Shown piece after piece: positions 36,196-48,845 of a DNA stretch of 64,000 nucleotides. The first letter of the stretch is position 1. Each line of letters begins with the position of its first letter. The position numbers and the translations under genes were made by a program. Location of the stretch: positions 5,208,001-5,272,000 of the forward strand of contig OX597819.1 of the NCBI GenBank assembly GCA_951406725.2. The letters are read 5' to 3'. Below the pieces are notes generated by a model, which ran no database searches, had not been told where the DNA came from, and was given only the letters and a program-made list of their open reading frames with translations. The DNA comes from Octopus vulgaris (Eukaryota).

Positions 36196-37997
36196 CTGAA
36201 AGATAAAAAAAACATTAAGAAAGTGAAGACATGAAAAACTTATTTACTTATTTAATTTTTTTTTTTTTTTTTTTTTTTTTTTGTACTTGTTTAAGTCATT
36301 TGACTGTGGCCATGCTGGAGCACCGCCTTTAGAGTGGTGAAAGAGTACAGCAGGGATCACTACCTCCTGCCGGAGCCTCGTGGAGCTTTTAGGAGGCCAT
36401 TTGTAAAAACTTCTTTTCAAATTTAAAATATTCTTTTTCCAGAAATTATAGATTAAATCACTTTGAATAAAAATTCTACTGTCTCTTTTAAAAAAATTAC
36501 ATATAAAGGTTATATTTCTTTCATAAAAACCCATGTAATTTGCACACCTGTGTAATTTATGCAGGTGATTTTCAGGATAAAAATTGTTATAAAAAGTTAC
36601 TCATGTAAAATTTTTCAGAATTACCAATATGGCAGGAAGAAAAGGTTTTCAATTTTGTTGTATTTAGCATAATTTCACTTACTTATGATTAGATTTTATT
36701 AAATTTTCATTAAATAAAAATAATTTCTGTTTAACAGGTATCACAAAAGCTATCAAATTACAAAGTGTTTATGTTGTTTATAATGAGCTTTATTTTACAT
36801 TTCTTGCCTACAAGAGATTATGTCTGATCTCTAGCACACTGTTGTATGTCTTTTCAAAGCATGATCACAGGAAAAGTTGTTGATAAGAATTATCAACAAA
36901 AACAAAGCTGATAAATATGCACAGGTGTTGCAAATTAAGTTTAATTATCAATAAACATCAGCTTGGATGACACTTTACTCAACCGAGTAAAATATGTAAA
37001 ATATGGCCCAGACTGTGATTATCAGCATGAACGTCAGACTTCAAAAAGTAGTTAACCATTTAATGGTTTTAGAAAAAGCAAGCATTATACTGTCCAGCAT
37101 AAATAAAAGTCAACTTCATTATATTTAAGCCCTTATTTTGTATGTCTTTTTTCAACAAAAAAAAATTTCTTAAAAAATTCAGAAACTAATTAAATAGAAA
37201 CTAATTATAAAACTAATTAACTAGTTTTTCACTTAATAACATTATCAACATTATTAATTTTATTGATTATAAATCCTCACCTGTAACTTGGCATAAATAT
37301 CATGTTTAATGGATATGTTCTTTTATTTTCTACTTGTTTCAGTTATTTAATTGTGGCCATGCTGGGGCACCATCTTGAAGGATTTAGCCAAACAAATCAA
37401 CCAACATGGTTTTGAATGACCATAGAAAGTGCGAGCCCTCTAACTGAAAAATTGTGGATTTGTATAAAGGATACACACACACACAGACATTTTGCTGTTT
37501 ATATATAGAGAGATAAATAAATCCTATTATGTACATCAACACAGTAACTATTCTCCCACCTTTTTTTGAAGTCTGATATTTATTCTATGGCCTTCTTTTG
37601 TTCAACAGTTTCTATCAAATTTACTCACAGAGATTTGGTTGACTCAAGGCTACAGTAAAAGGCGCCCAAAATGCAGTGCAGCAGGAGAGAATCCAAAACT
37701 ACATGGTTGCAAAGTGACTTTTGTTACCACACAACAATACCTGCTAATGAATACTGATTAAATTTTTGCTATGGAGGCTAAAGTGATTGCAATTAAATTA
37801 AATTCAACCTTCCAATTTCAGTGAGGAAAAATGGTTTCCATCATTTATGGGATGAAGTGTTGAAATGTTGATCTGATGTCTAAAAATCTAAGACCCATTC
37901 CCATTCAATGATACAATGATTTATATTGAGCAACAAAAATAGCTTTACCTCTCTCATCACACACTGGCAGTGGAGTGTGAACATAATGGACGACAAT

Positions 37998-38418
37998 AGG
38001 CGCAGGAGTGGCTGTGTGGTAAGTAGCTTGCTAACCAACCACATGGTTTTGGGTTCAATCCCACTGCGTGGCATCTTGGGCAAGTGCCTTCTGCTATAGC
38101 CTCGGGCCGACCAAAGCCTTGTGAGTGGATTTGGTAGACGGAAACTGAAAGAAGCCTGTCGTATATATGTATATATATATATTTATGTGTGTGTATATGT
38201 TTGTGTGTCTGTGTTTGTCCCCCTAGCATTGCTTGACAACCGATGCTGGTGTATTTATGTCCCCCATAACTTAGTGGATCGGCAAAAGAGACCGATAGAA
38301 TAAGTACTGGGCTTACAAAGAATAAGTCCTGGGGTCGATTTGCTCGACTAAAGGCGGTGCTCCAGCATGGCCGCAGTCAAATGACTGAAACAAGTAAAAG
38401 AGTAAAGAGTAAGAGTAA
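37998..38418 (+). mobile_element. SINE-A, full length
   Basis: Matches consensus, tail GAGTAAAGAGTAAGAGT. Confidence 0.87.
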
Positions 38419-38520
38419 ACTCAACATAACCCCAAGCCCAGCATTTTACAGAGCCAAGCTCTCACATAAGAAACATTTCTTACAAATTAAATATTGATAA
38501 TGAGAACAATTAAAACTTAC

Positions 38521-38652
38521 AGGTGTTGGCAACAAAATCTTCAATTGGTTCTAAATTAATCTCAGGTTTTTCTTCTGCAATTGGCTCTTTTTTCCGTTTC
38601 CTACTTTTCTGTTTCTTGTCATCCACAATTTCAGGAATTCGGAAAGTTTTAC
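38521..38652 (-). CDS. NCAPH2: NCAPH2 coding exon 11
   Basis: GKTFRIPEIVDDKKQKSRKRKKEPIAEEKPEINLEPIEDFVANT, with a basic NLS-like stretch. Phase 1/1, CAG/GTAAGT. Confidence 0.9.
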
Positions 38653-38864
38653 CTGCAACCAAAGACGACATTCAAATCAACAGCAAGTTTGGTAAGTTTT
38701 TCATACAGTTTGAAACTTTTATGTCTGAAATAGTAAAGAAGCAGGTGTTGTCTACCGTTCAGTCAGTATCAGTACTTTACAGTACAGAGCAGCGATAATT
38801 GTTACAGCATTTCAGCCATTTCTAAGTTTAAATCCTGCTGAATTCAACACATCTTTCACACATT

Positions 38865-39230
38865 CATCATCATCATCGTTTAGCGTCCGCTTTCCATGCT
38901 AGCATGGGTTGGACGGTTCAACTGGGGTCTGGGAAGCCAGAAGGCTGCACCAGGCCCAGTCTAATCTGGCAATGTTTCTACGGCTGGATGCCCTTCCTAA
39001 CACCAACCACTCCATGAGTGTAGTGGGTGCTTTTTACGTGCCACCGGCACAGGTGCCAGACGAGTTTGGCAAACGGCCATGATCGGATGGTGCTTTTTAT
39101 GTGCCACCGGCACGGGGGCCAGGTGAGGCTGGCAATGGCCACGAACGGATGGTGCTTTTTACATGCCACCGGCACAGGTGCCAGACGAGGCTGGCAACAG
39201 CCACGAACGGATGGTGCTTTTTACATGCCA
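38865..39230 (-). mobile_element. Solo RTE 3' UTR (family B) with internal tandem subrepeats. Other copies at about 14815-15220, 19136-19285, 29790-29972, 40437-40760, 44925-45270, 45925-46250, 48982-49550, 50900-51160, 57210-57400, 58040-58410
   Basis: Same sequence as follows the RT at 54590-54780: GGCACGTAAAAAGCACC..GGCGTTAGGAAGGGCATCCAG..CCCATGCTAGCATGG..(GAT)n. Confidence 0.82.
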
Positions 39231-39440
39231 GAATAAATAAATCAATAAAACATGTACTTAGTAAAACATTGGGTCAATTTTGTCAAATATATCTGATTTT
39301 GTTACAAAGATCATCTCATTAAAATAAGAAATCCATAATATTAATGGCTTATTGGGTAGTGATGTTAGAAAAAATGGTAAAAGATTGGACTAAATACTTA
39401 ACAGCATTAAATATAACCTGTCTCAGCAGATTATACTTAA

Positions 39441-39820
39441 CTGCCACAAGGTCCAGTCTTGTTGCAGTTTGGTGGCTTGTGTACCTCAATGACACAGAGC
39501 TATGCCAGTGGAGTGCAAACTTCTAGTAGGGCCTCCCATGCTGGACAGGTCAAAGGGTAGAGGCCAGACTAATATGGACCAACAACCCTTACCTAGGAAG
39601 AAGCAAAGTTGCACAAGCATCAATGATAATTCAAACTCAATAAGACTTGGGAGAAGAAGGCCTTTCTTAAGGGAAACATACAACACGGTGCATCAAAATC
39701 TGAATGGAAGATGCAAGGATCCAACAGGAGAGAAGTATAAAATGACAACCCAGAATCAAGAACAAAGTAGTTGATGGCCTATGCTTGACAGGGAGTGAAG
39801 GGTCGAGGTATCAAGCAAGT
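39441..39820 (+). mobile_element. TSD-bounded 380-bp non-autonomous retroelement, probably RTE 5' UTR plus RTE 3' end
   Basis: AGATTATACTTAA duplicated at 39428-39440 and 39821-39833. Both ends resemble RTE/BovB termini from memory. Confidence 0.62.
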
Positions 39821-41168
39821 AGATTATACTTAATAAATAAATCCTATTATGTACATCAACACAGTAACTATTCTCCCACCTTTAGACAATTAGCTTTTTG
39901 CTCAAACAAGAATCAAAATATTGATAACACCATTCAAGGTGGTGAGCTGGCAGAATTGTTAACCAAGTGGCATTCTGTTCATCGTTATGTTCTGAGTTCA
40001 AATTCTGCTGATGTCGACTTCTGTTTTTCATCCTTTTTGCAGGGTTGATAAAATAAGTACTACCCACTCTCACAAACTCTAAAACCAATACTGGCATCAC
40101 CATCTCTTCATTTTTACTGTAGGCAACAACAGACAGAAGAGCAAGCTAAACATTAACCACATTGATGATACCAGTGTGAAAAAAGGCTGAGATGAATACC
40201 ATTTCTCCTCATGAAACTAAACAAAAAAGGGTCGATAATTTAAGACTACATTGAAATATTGTTTTCAGTTTTAATGACTCCTTTCAATCATCCAATGATC
40301 TGTGGTTTTACATGCATGGTTAATTAATCTGCTGCTTGTTTCACTAACAAACAAATCAATAAAAAATATGTTCAAATAATTAACTTCCTCTATATTTCTG
40401 ATATTCAAACTTAGTGCCATGGAAATTTATAATTATGTGCCGGTGACACGTAAAAGCACCATCCGACCGTGGCCGTTGCCAGCCTCGCCTGGCCCCCGTG
40501 CCAGTGGCACGTAAAAAGCACCATCCGATCGTGACCGTTTGCCAGCCTCGTCTGGCACCTGTGCCGGTGGCACGTAAAAAGCACCCACTACACTCATGGA
40601 GTGGTTGGCGTTAGGAAGGGCATCCAGCCGTAGAAACATTGCCAGATCAGACTGGACCTGGTGCAGCCTTCTGGCTTCACAGACCCCAGTTGCACCGTCC
40701 AACCCATGCTAGCATGGAAAACGGACGTTAAACGATGATGATGATGATGATGATGATGATTATATAAATATATACACACACACATATATATACATGTCTA
40801 TACACAAGTATTGCAATTTTTTCTGATTTTTAAGATTTTTCTATATGCTAGGCTACTAGTTTTAAATTGATATTAATAAAATTAATATTCAATTTATCAC
40901 CCTCATTATTTAAATTATATATATATATATATCTTTTATTCTTCATTAACTATTTATTAACTCACCTGTAAAATGTTCCAAACACAAAATACAATTTCCA
41001 GCATTGTTGTAGTTAAAGTAACAAGGGCACATTACTCTTCTTGAGAAATGATAGAACAGGTGGAAACCGGTGAAGATAAGTAAACAATAATCCAACTGAC
41101 AGTGGTGATAATTATCCCAGAGTAGAAATCTGAGCAGTAAAATATTTGAAGATTAATAAAATACTCAC

Positions 41169-41238
41169 CTTTCTTGAAGGGTTTTTCGGTTTTACTTTTC
41201 TGTTCATAAGGGTCTTGACATAACCATGGATCGAGACC
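41169..41238 (-). CDS. NCAPH2: NCAPH2 coding exon 10
   Basis: GLDPWLCQDPYEQKSKTEKPFKK(G) has the DPWxxxDP..KPFKKG motif of CAP-H2. Phase 0/1, TAG/GTGAGT. Confidence 0.92.
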
Positions 41239-41290
41239 CTAGCAAAGTAATAAAGTTTCACACTATAGTGACAAACCAATTTATGACTGA

Positions 41291-41591
41291 CTAGCAGTAT
41301 CGCCCGGCGTTGCTTGGGTTTGTAAGGGAAATAACTATATAAGCATTTTTAGAGAGTTACTTCCTTTATATCATAGCAAAAAAATGCATTAAAAATGGAG
41401 AAAAATTATGGTAAATTTTTTTTAAATCGTAGACTCATTGTAGACGCGCGCTAATACCCAGACGGGCTCGATATGAATCACGACTATAAGATACCCGGTT
41501 TTGGTTAAACTGCACTGCAAAATGGGGGAGTAGTTAGGAATCTAAATCGCAGGAGACAGACACCACACAACTTCACTTTTATATATAAAGA
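41291..41591 (-). mobile_element. Helitron-like H1 copy with internal deletion
   Basis: Same ends as 23482-23879. About 90 bp are missing between two copies of TTTTTAGAGA. Confidence 0.78.
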
Positions 41592-42542
41592 TATCATATC
41601 CTCTCCAGTTCATTTTTTTTCTTCTTTTTTTTAATTGGCAAAGTACTAGGGTAAATTAACTTTAATACTGAATGCATTCTGATTTGGAGGAGCTGACAAA
41701 TAACTTGGTACAAAAAAAAAAATTATGTGAAAGCCTTTATGTGTATGCGTATATATATTTCTTTACTGCCCACAAGGGGCTAAACATAGAGGGGAAAAAC
41801 AAGGACAGACAAAGGGATTAAGTCGATTACATCAACCCCAGTGTGAAACTGGTACTTTATTTATCGACCCCGAAAGGATGAAAGGCAAAGTTGACCTCGG
41901 CGGAATTTGAACTCAGAACATAACGGCAGACGAAATACTGGCGTGCTAACGTCTCTGCCAGCTCGTATATAAGGAGAGAGAGAGAGAGAGAGCTAGTCAG
42001 TCAGTCAGCCAGGATTTATTTTGTCCTTTTTGCTTACAAAGAGCATGTAACATGCCAAGACATCTCAAATAGCCCAAACATGCTTATGCATTAGGCTGCA
42101 AGCAAATGACATCGTCAGGAACTCATTGTTTACAAACCAGAGAATGCAAGAGAAATACAAACTCACAAATGCAAACACACACATTAATACCTACAAGCTT
42201 CTTTCAGTTTCTGTTAACCAAATCCACTTGTAAAGTTTTGGTCAGCCTGGGGCTATAGTAGATGAGAAGAAAATTTCTCAACCACACAACCATGCCTATG
42301 CTTAATAAATACATATATATACATACATACATATATATATATATAAATATATATAACATTCACTTTTCTATGATCACAAGGTCCAGAGAGAATTTGCTGG
42401 AGCAAATTTTCTATGGCTAGATACTCTTCTTGTTGCCAAGCCTGTTTGAGGACAATGACAATGGTGATAATGATACTCATTTATGATCATGTTTTGCCTA
42501 GCAAGGGTACACACACACATGCACATTTATATATGTATATAT

Positions 42543-42930
42543 ACTCTTTTACTAGTTTCAGTCATTTGACTGCGACCATGCTGGAGCACCGCCTTTAATC
42601 GAGCAACTCGACCCCGGGACTTATTCTTTTGTAAGCCCAGTACTTATTCTATCGGTCTCTTTTGCTGAACCGCTAAGTGACGGGGACATAAACACAACAG
42701 CATCGGTTGTCAAACAATGCTAGGGGTACAAACACACACATGCATATATATATATATACATATATACGACGGGCTTCTTTCAGTTTCCATCTACCAAATC
42801 CACTCACAAGGCTTTGGTCGGCCCGAGGCTATAGTAGAAGACACTTGCCCAAGGTGCCACACAGTGGGACTGAACCCGGAACCATGTGGTTGGTAAGCAA
42901 GCTACTTACCACACAGCCACTCCTGCGCCT
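42543..42930 (-). mobile_element. SINE-A, full length
   Basis: Matches consensus. Confidence 0.87.
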
Positions 42931-43532
42931 ATATATATATATATAATACAAATAAGAAAATGGAGAAACAGATTTAGTTTGTTCATCAACTTATGGCTAA
43001 TATAATGTTAGATTATTTATTCTTTTTACAAATGGGAACATCAAAAGCATACAAAAATATTATATAAATCAATAGATAAGGTAATAAAACAAATACAGAT
43101 TTTAAAAGACGTATTATAAATTAATGAAATCCTAAAAATTACTTCTTACAGCTGTTTCAGCCTATGGTCAAAAGTGAATCTAATTTCCATTGCCTATAGA
43201 TGTCAACATACTAGGGTTGTAGGCGTTAAAAAAAATATAATACTTATATGTTAAAAGACGCATAGGCCTCGTCAGAAGTTATAATTAACTATATATACTT
43301 TATTATAAAAGCTGTGAACACATGCATGCATGGCATTTTAGCTTCTAAGAGACTAAATAAAAAGCTTTCACTTTGGGAGTTAACATACACTGAATTGACT
43401 CTGAACAAATTTGGTTACGGTAACTTATCCAGTGAAGAATTGATAAATGCAAACGGTATAACCTCTTTCTGTATTACATAATCACAGACACACAGACAGA
43501 AATACATATAAAACTTATGTCATGTTACATAC

Positions 43533-43625
43533 TTTTCCTTTATCTTTGGACATCTTCTCTTTCGTTTTGGCGGCTCTTTCTTGTAATCGCTCAGAGCTCC
43601 GTTTTGGCGCATCTTCTTCAACAAC
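43533..43625 (-). CDS. NCAPH2: NCAPH2 coding exon 9
   Basis: VVEEDAPKRSSERLQERAAKTKEKMSKDKGK. Phase 0/0, TAG/GTATGT. Confidence 0.82.
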
Positions 43626-43787
43626 CTATGCCAAAATAATGGTATTTTAGAAACAATCAAGTAAGACATCATCACTTTTCTTGAAATAATCAATGTGTTT
43701 TTGCAAAAACACTTGGTTAATTACAGAACAAAATTAAAATAGTCTCAACCAGGTTTTCCCAAAACTAATAATGTTTAATTACAATAC

Positions 43788-43915
43788 CTGTGTTGAGACT
43801 TCAGGTGGAGGAGGAATATCATCTATGGAGTCATCAGTTACAGGATTATCGTAATTTTCAATGTTATTTGATTCAGTATTTTCTGTGGTGATTGTTGTTG
43901 GTACATGTGAAGATG
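43788..43915 (-). CDS. NCAPH2: NCAPH2 coding exon 8
   Basis: ASSHVPTTITTENTESNNIENYDNPVTDDSIDDIPPPPEVSTQ, low-complexity linker. Phase 1/0, TAG/GTATTG. Confidence 0.82.
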
Positions 43916-44203
43916 CTAATGAAAAAATAGAGAGAAAATTGTTCTATAAATAAATAAATATATTGACTTAGAGTCAATTCAAGGGCTGTGAAATCTAGAA
44001 AGAGTTTAAAGCAGACAAAAGTAGTTTGTAATGAAATTCTAACTTAATATCAGACAGGAGACTACACGCTCGTCATGTAAAAAACAGAAATAAGTGGAAG
44101 CTTGACATGACACAAACGTTGCAATCACTGTTTGCACCAAATATGTTGCATCATCTTTTACAGATTAACATTGAGCAGTAACCAAAATATAAGTCATACT
44201 CAC

Positions 44204-44343
44204 CCGTAGTTTCTTTGTTGGTAGAATTCGGTAAGCCAGACAGGAAATGTGCAGAAGCCTCCAGTAAAAGACAACTGTTATAATTGACTTGACTTGTGTT
44301 CAGTCGGAAGTCGTTACGGTTTCCAAGAAGTTCACCAGTCTTA
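44204..44343 (-). CDS. NCAPH2: NCAPH2 coding exon 7
   Basis: KTGELLGNRNDFRLNTSQVNYNSCLLLEASAHFLSGLPNSTNKETT (GExLxxRxDFRxNT motif). Phase 2/1, CAG/GTGAGT. Confidence 0.92.
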
Positions 44344-44444
44344 CTGGAATATCAATCAATAAAGAGCTTATTCTACTTCAGTTTTCTATCTGCGTTGCAA
44401 GATTCTTTATGTGAATTCATGTGTTGAAACATTTTTTGTTTTTC

Positions 44445-44841
44445 TCTATAGAGAGTCATTATGCCAGTATTATGAACACACCCCCACTGGTTCAACTCCA
44501 CTCCTTTATTATTAGTGAATTGGTTAAATACCCAACTAACTAAATGATTGTTTGTTTAATTTGGTCAAACAGTAAGTCATTTGTTTTGTTCTTGTTTGTT
44601 GAAGTTCTTTTATTGTCACATGCAACCTTCGGACTAAACCAGAAGTCACTGCAAAGGTTACAAGTAGCAACGAAAGAGCTTTGACAAACAAAAACAAAAT
44701 AAATGACTTACCAAGTTAAACAAACAATCAATTAGTTAGTTGGATATTCAACCAATTGACCAATAATAAACTAATAATAAAGGAGTGGAATTGAACCAGT
44801 GTGTGTGTGTTAATAATATTGGCCTAATGACCCTCCATAGA
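44445..44841. repeat. Foldback/MITE-like imperfect palindrome (arms about 180 bp)
   Basis: ACTGGTTCAACTCCACTCCTTTATTATTAG vs CTAATAATAAAGGAGTGGAATTGAACCAGT, and GTAAGTCATTTGTTTTGTT vs AACAAAATAAATGACTTAC. Confidence 0.8.
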
Positions 44842-47186
44842 CACAACGAAATCAATAAAGAGTTCTACAGAGTGAGGGGAATACATTTTGTTATAATTAA
44901 TAAGACATTAATTTGCAGTTTCAAATCATCATCATCATCATCATCGTTTAACGTCCGTTCTCCATGCTAGCATGGGTTGGACGGTTCGACTGGGGATCTG
45001 GGAAGCCAGAAGGCTGCACCAGGCTCCAGTCTGATCTGGCAATGTTTCTACAGATGGATGCCCTTCCTAACGCCAACCACTCCGTGAGTGTAGTGGGTGC
45101 TTTTTACGTGCCACCTGCACAGGTGCCAGGTGAGGCTGGCATCGGCCACGGTCGGATTGGTGCATTTTACGTGCCACCAGCACAGAAGCCAGTCGAGGCG
45201 GCACTGGCTTCGGCCACGATTCGGATGGTGCTTTTTATGTGCCACCAGCACGGAAGCCAGTCGAGGCGGCACTTCAAATATTGTGGTATTCATTACTTCT
45301 ACACTATATACATGCTTCACTAATTCTATGTCTTAAACTCAACATCAACAAACTACAGCAAGACACAAACATGACACTACACCAATAAAAAGAAACACGT
45401 GTGCACACACACCATATTCAATGAATTACACGGTGTAACAAAACTTTTAAATTTGTCTTTGATCAGTAAGTATAATTTCCTGTTTGCTTCTATCTAGAAG
45501 AAACCAAAAGAAATGACTACTATTCCTTTCAAAAATTGCTTTTGTCACATGGACATCAATGTTTTGAAACTGACCTATTTTCCATTACATTTCAGGCAGA
45601 TTCAGTGCTGAGCTGCTGAAGCAGAAATATTGTTACAGCAAATATTTGGCTTAAATAACACAGATTTGCTTGTCAGTTGTTTGACTTTAACCACTTGAGA
45701 ATGTTCCTTAGTGGCTGACAATATGAGCATCTCTGATCATGAGCAGGTGTGGAGAGAGGTGCATCATAGCCATATGTTGAGGAAGATTCTTTGGGGTTTG
45801 AATAAATATTGTAACAAAAGCAAGGTTTGAAGGAAGTATTAGCCATTTTTCATAGTTTCTAGGAGTAAGCAAATAGGAAATGACAGTTGTTACCCAAGGA
45901 CAAAAATTGTGTTACACGATATCCGTTTGTGGCCGTTGCCAGCCTCGCCTGGCCCCCATGCCGGTGGCACGTACAAAGCACCATCCGATCGTGGCCGTTG
46001 CCAGCCTCGCGTGGCACATAAAAAGCACTATCCGTCCGTGGCCGCTTGCCAGCTCTGTCTGGCACCTGTGCGTGTGGCACGTAAAAAGCACCCACTACAC
46101 TCATGGAGTGGTTGGCGTTAGGAAGGGCATCCAGCTGTAGAAACACTGCCAGATCAGACTGGGCCTGATGCAGCCTTCTGGCTTCACAGACCCCAGTTGA
46201 ACCGTTCAACCCATGCTAGCATGGAAAGTGGACGCTAAATGATGATGATATCTTCCCCCATCTACTGTCTCCACCAATCACTTCCTTCCTGTGCCACTTT
46301 GCAGAGCGCACTGGGTGCTTCTTATGTGGCACCAGGACATTTGTATTAAGTATGGAGGAACAGTTTATAGAAAATAATCTCTACATAGACAGTATTTTAT
46401 TTAACATCGGTTTTTCCATGCCAGTATGGGTTAGACAGGAAATTATTTGCGATGAACCCATGCTAGCATGGAAAACAGACGTTAAACGATGATGATGATG
46501 TTATGATGATATAACATACCATCTCTAGATCCAGGACTAATCCTTCCACCAATTCCTACATCTCAAGAATATTATCTTTCTGAAATATCTTCCCTATCTA
46601 GGAAACCTAGCAGCTACCAACCTGCACTTGTTCATTAGCAACATGCTGATCCCATATGTCTTATTTATGCCTGCAAAAGCCATGTGCATAGAACCTTTCT
46701 TCCAGATCAAACCAATTGATAATAATGGTTTTAAATATTGGCACAAGGCCAGCAAATTTAGGGGAGAGGTTAAGTCAATTATATCAACCCCAGTACTCAA
46801 CTGGTACTTATTTCCTTGAGCCCAAAAGAGTAAAAGGTAAAGTCAATCTCAGCAGAATTTGAACTCAGAATGTAAAGACATGAAATGCTGCCAAGCATTT
46901 TGTTTGGTGTGCTAATGATTCTGCCAGCTCAGTACCTTAAACCAATTAACAATAATAATAATAATAATAACAATCCTTTCTACTAGAGGTACAAGGCCTG
47001 AAATTTAGTGGAAGGGGACTAATCGATTACATCAACCCCAGTGTTCCACTGGTACTTAATTCATCGACCCTGAAAGGATGAATGGCAAAGTCGACCTCAG
47101 CAGAATTTGAACTCAGAATGTAAAAGTGGACAAAATACCACTAAGCATTTTGCCCAGTGTGTTAACAATTCTGCCAGCACACTGCC

Positions 47187-47230
<44 letters not shown>

Positions 47231-47237
47231 GACTAAC

Positions 47238-47317
47238 CTAAGTAATGGATCATTTCCCTTTTCTTCTTCTCCTAATGGCACCATAGACATAGGCCGTCTC
47301 GGAATAGTTCCAATCTC
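47238..47317 (-). CDS. NCAPH2: NCAPH2 coding exon 6
   Basis: EIGTIPRRPMSMVPLGEEEKGNDPLL(S). Phase 0/2, CAG/GTTAGT. Confidence 0.9.
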
Positions 47318-47909
47318 CTGGTAAAAGAAGGCTATCAGTATTAGGCCATATACAATCATTTAAAACTATTGTTACAAAAGAAGTAATACAAAATTTAGAC
47401 AGTACTGATATACACCCTCTGATTTAAAATAAAACAAAACAGTTCACCCAGAGTTCCCATCCCACCCACAATTCATAACAAAGATAAAAGCTACTTCAAC
47501 AAAAACAAAAAGAATATCAGAAATACTAAATTTCTAAATCTCTCGTAGAGGCATGTACGGTGGTGGGGCGATAGAATGGTTGTATACTGTCAATCTAACA
47601 GGAACGTGACAGTAGGGGGGTACACCACCGCTGTTTAGCCCTAGGAAGCATCGACGCCTCCTGATGGCTTTGACACATTTTTCCTGTGTCCTTATATACA
47701 TTTACGAAGATGCCATGCCAGTAACAGGATTAACAATCTTCTAATCACATTAGTAAGTGTTATATCAAATACATATTTTAGTTTTATTTTATATATATAA
47801 TTATATTTTCCTTCAGTTGATTTCACCTAAAATTTATTTCTATATGACAATAAAAATTTCTCAAGGAAAAGACAATTACAAAAAAATATTATACACTCTG
47901 GGAACAAAC

Positions 47910-47969
47910 CTTATCATTCTTTTCTTTCATCGTCACATTACTGGTTTCAATATCATCCAGAGGCAAGAG
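47910..47969 (-). CDS. NCAPH2: NCAPH2 coding exon 5
   Basis: LLPLDDIETSNVTMKEKNDK (LxLDD motif). Phase 0/0, CAG/GTTTGT. Confidence 0.85.
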
Positions 47970-48139
47970 CTGAAGAAGAAAGAATTTCAAAATACAATGT
48001 AGAAGTAGTTCTTACAATGGCACAAGGCTACAAATTTGTTGTGGGTGGAGCATCATTGACTGAAATGACTCCAGTAAAAGACTCATCATATTTTCTGGTA
48101 TACAAGTTGGCATCCTACCTTTTTTGGGGCTGTAAATTT

Positions 48140-48845
48140 TATAATAATAATAATAATAATAATGAAATTATTGTATACAGTGCTGAGGCGCACCACAACT
48201 TGTCAAAAGTGCATATAAAATACATGCAGTAAATGTACAAATATCTGGAAAGTGAACAGTGTATGAGTCAGATACATGCTTGCGTGTGTATGGAGGGGAG
48301 ACAATCAGGTGTAGTGTTGGCGAATCTCAGAAAGCATGGAAGTTTTGAAGGATGCAGTACTCCGACAACTAACAACTGATGCCGGCAGTTTGTTCCATGC
48401 TTCAGCAACTCTCAGCCTGAAAAAATGTTTCCGAAAGTCATGGGAGCTGTGCTGTTTTCTGACTTTGTAAACATGTCCACAGGTGTTAGACAGGTGGAGT
48501 TTGAAAAGGCGCTCAGATGGTTAATAATTTTATGGGTGTCTGCCAAGTCAGCTGCCAGACGTCGGAGTTTCAATGTATCCATGCCCAGGGAAGCAAGGTG
48601 TTCTGAATATGGCAAATGCCTGATGGAGGGTATTTTCTTGGTTGCACGTCGCTGAACGGCTTCTAGACGATTAATATCCTGGGCAAGATAGGGGTTCCAG
48701 ACCGGTGATGCAAATTCCAGGTGAGGTCGTACCATAGCTATATAAAGCCGCAGATAGATAGCCGGAGAGCGGCTCACAAAGGACTTGGTGAGTGATGCCA
48801 AGACACCCTCAGCCTTCTTGGCAATTTTAGCAATGTGTTTGGTCT
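48140..48845 (-). mobile_element. CR1-clade LINE 3' fragment
   Basis: LYIAMVRPHLEFASPVWNPYLAQDINRLEAVQRRATK..LRRLAADL is the CR1-type RT C-terminus. (ATT)n tail at about 48140-48165. Confidence 0.88.
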
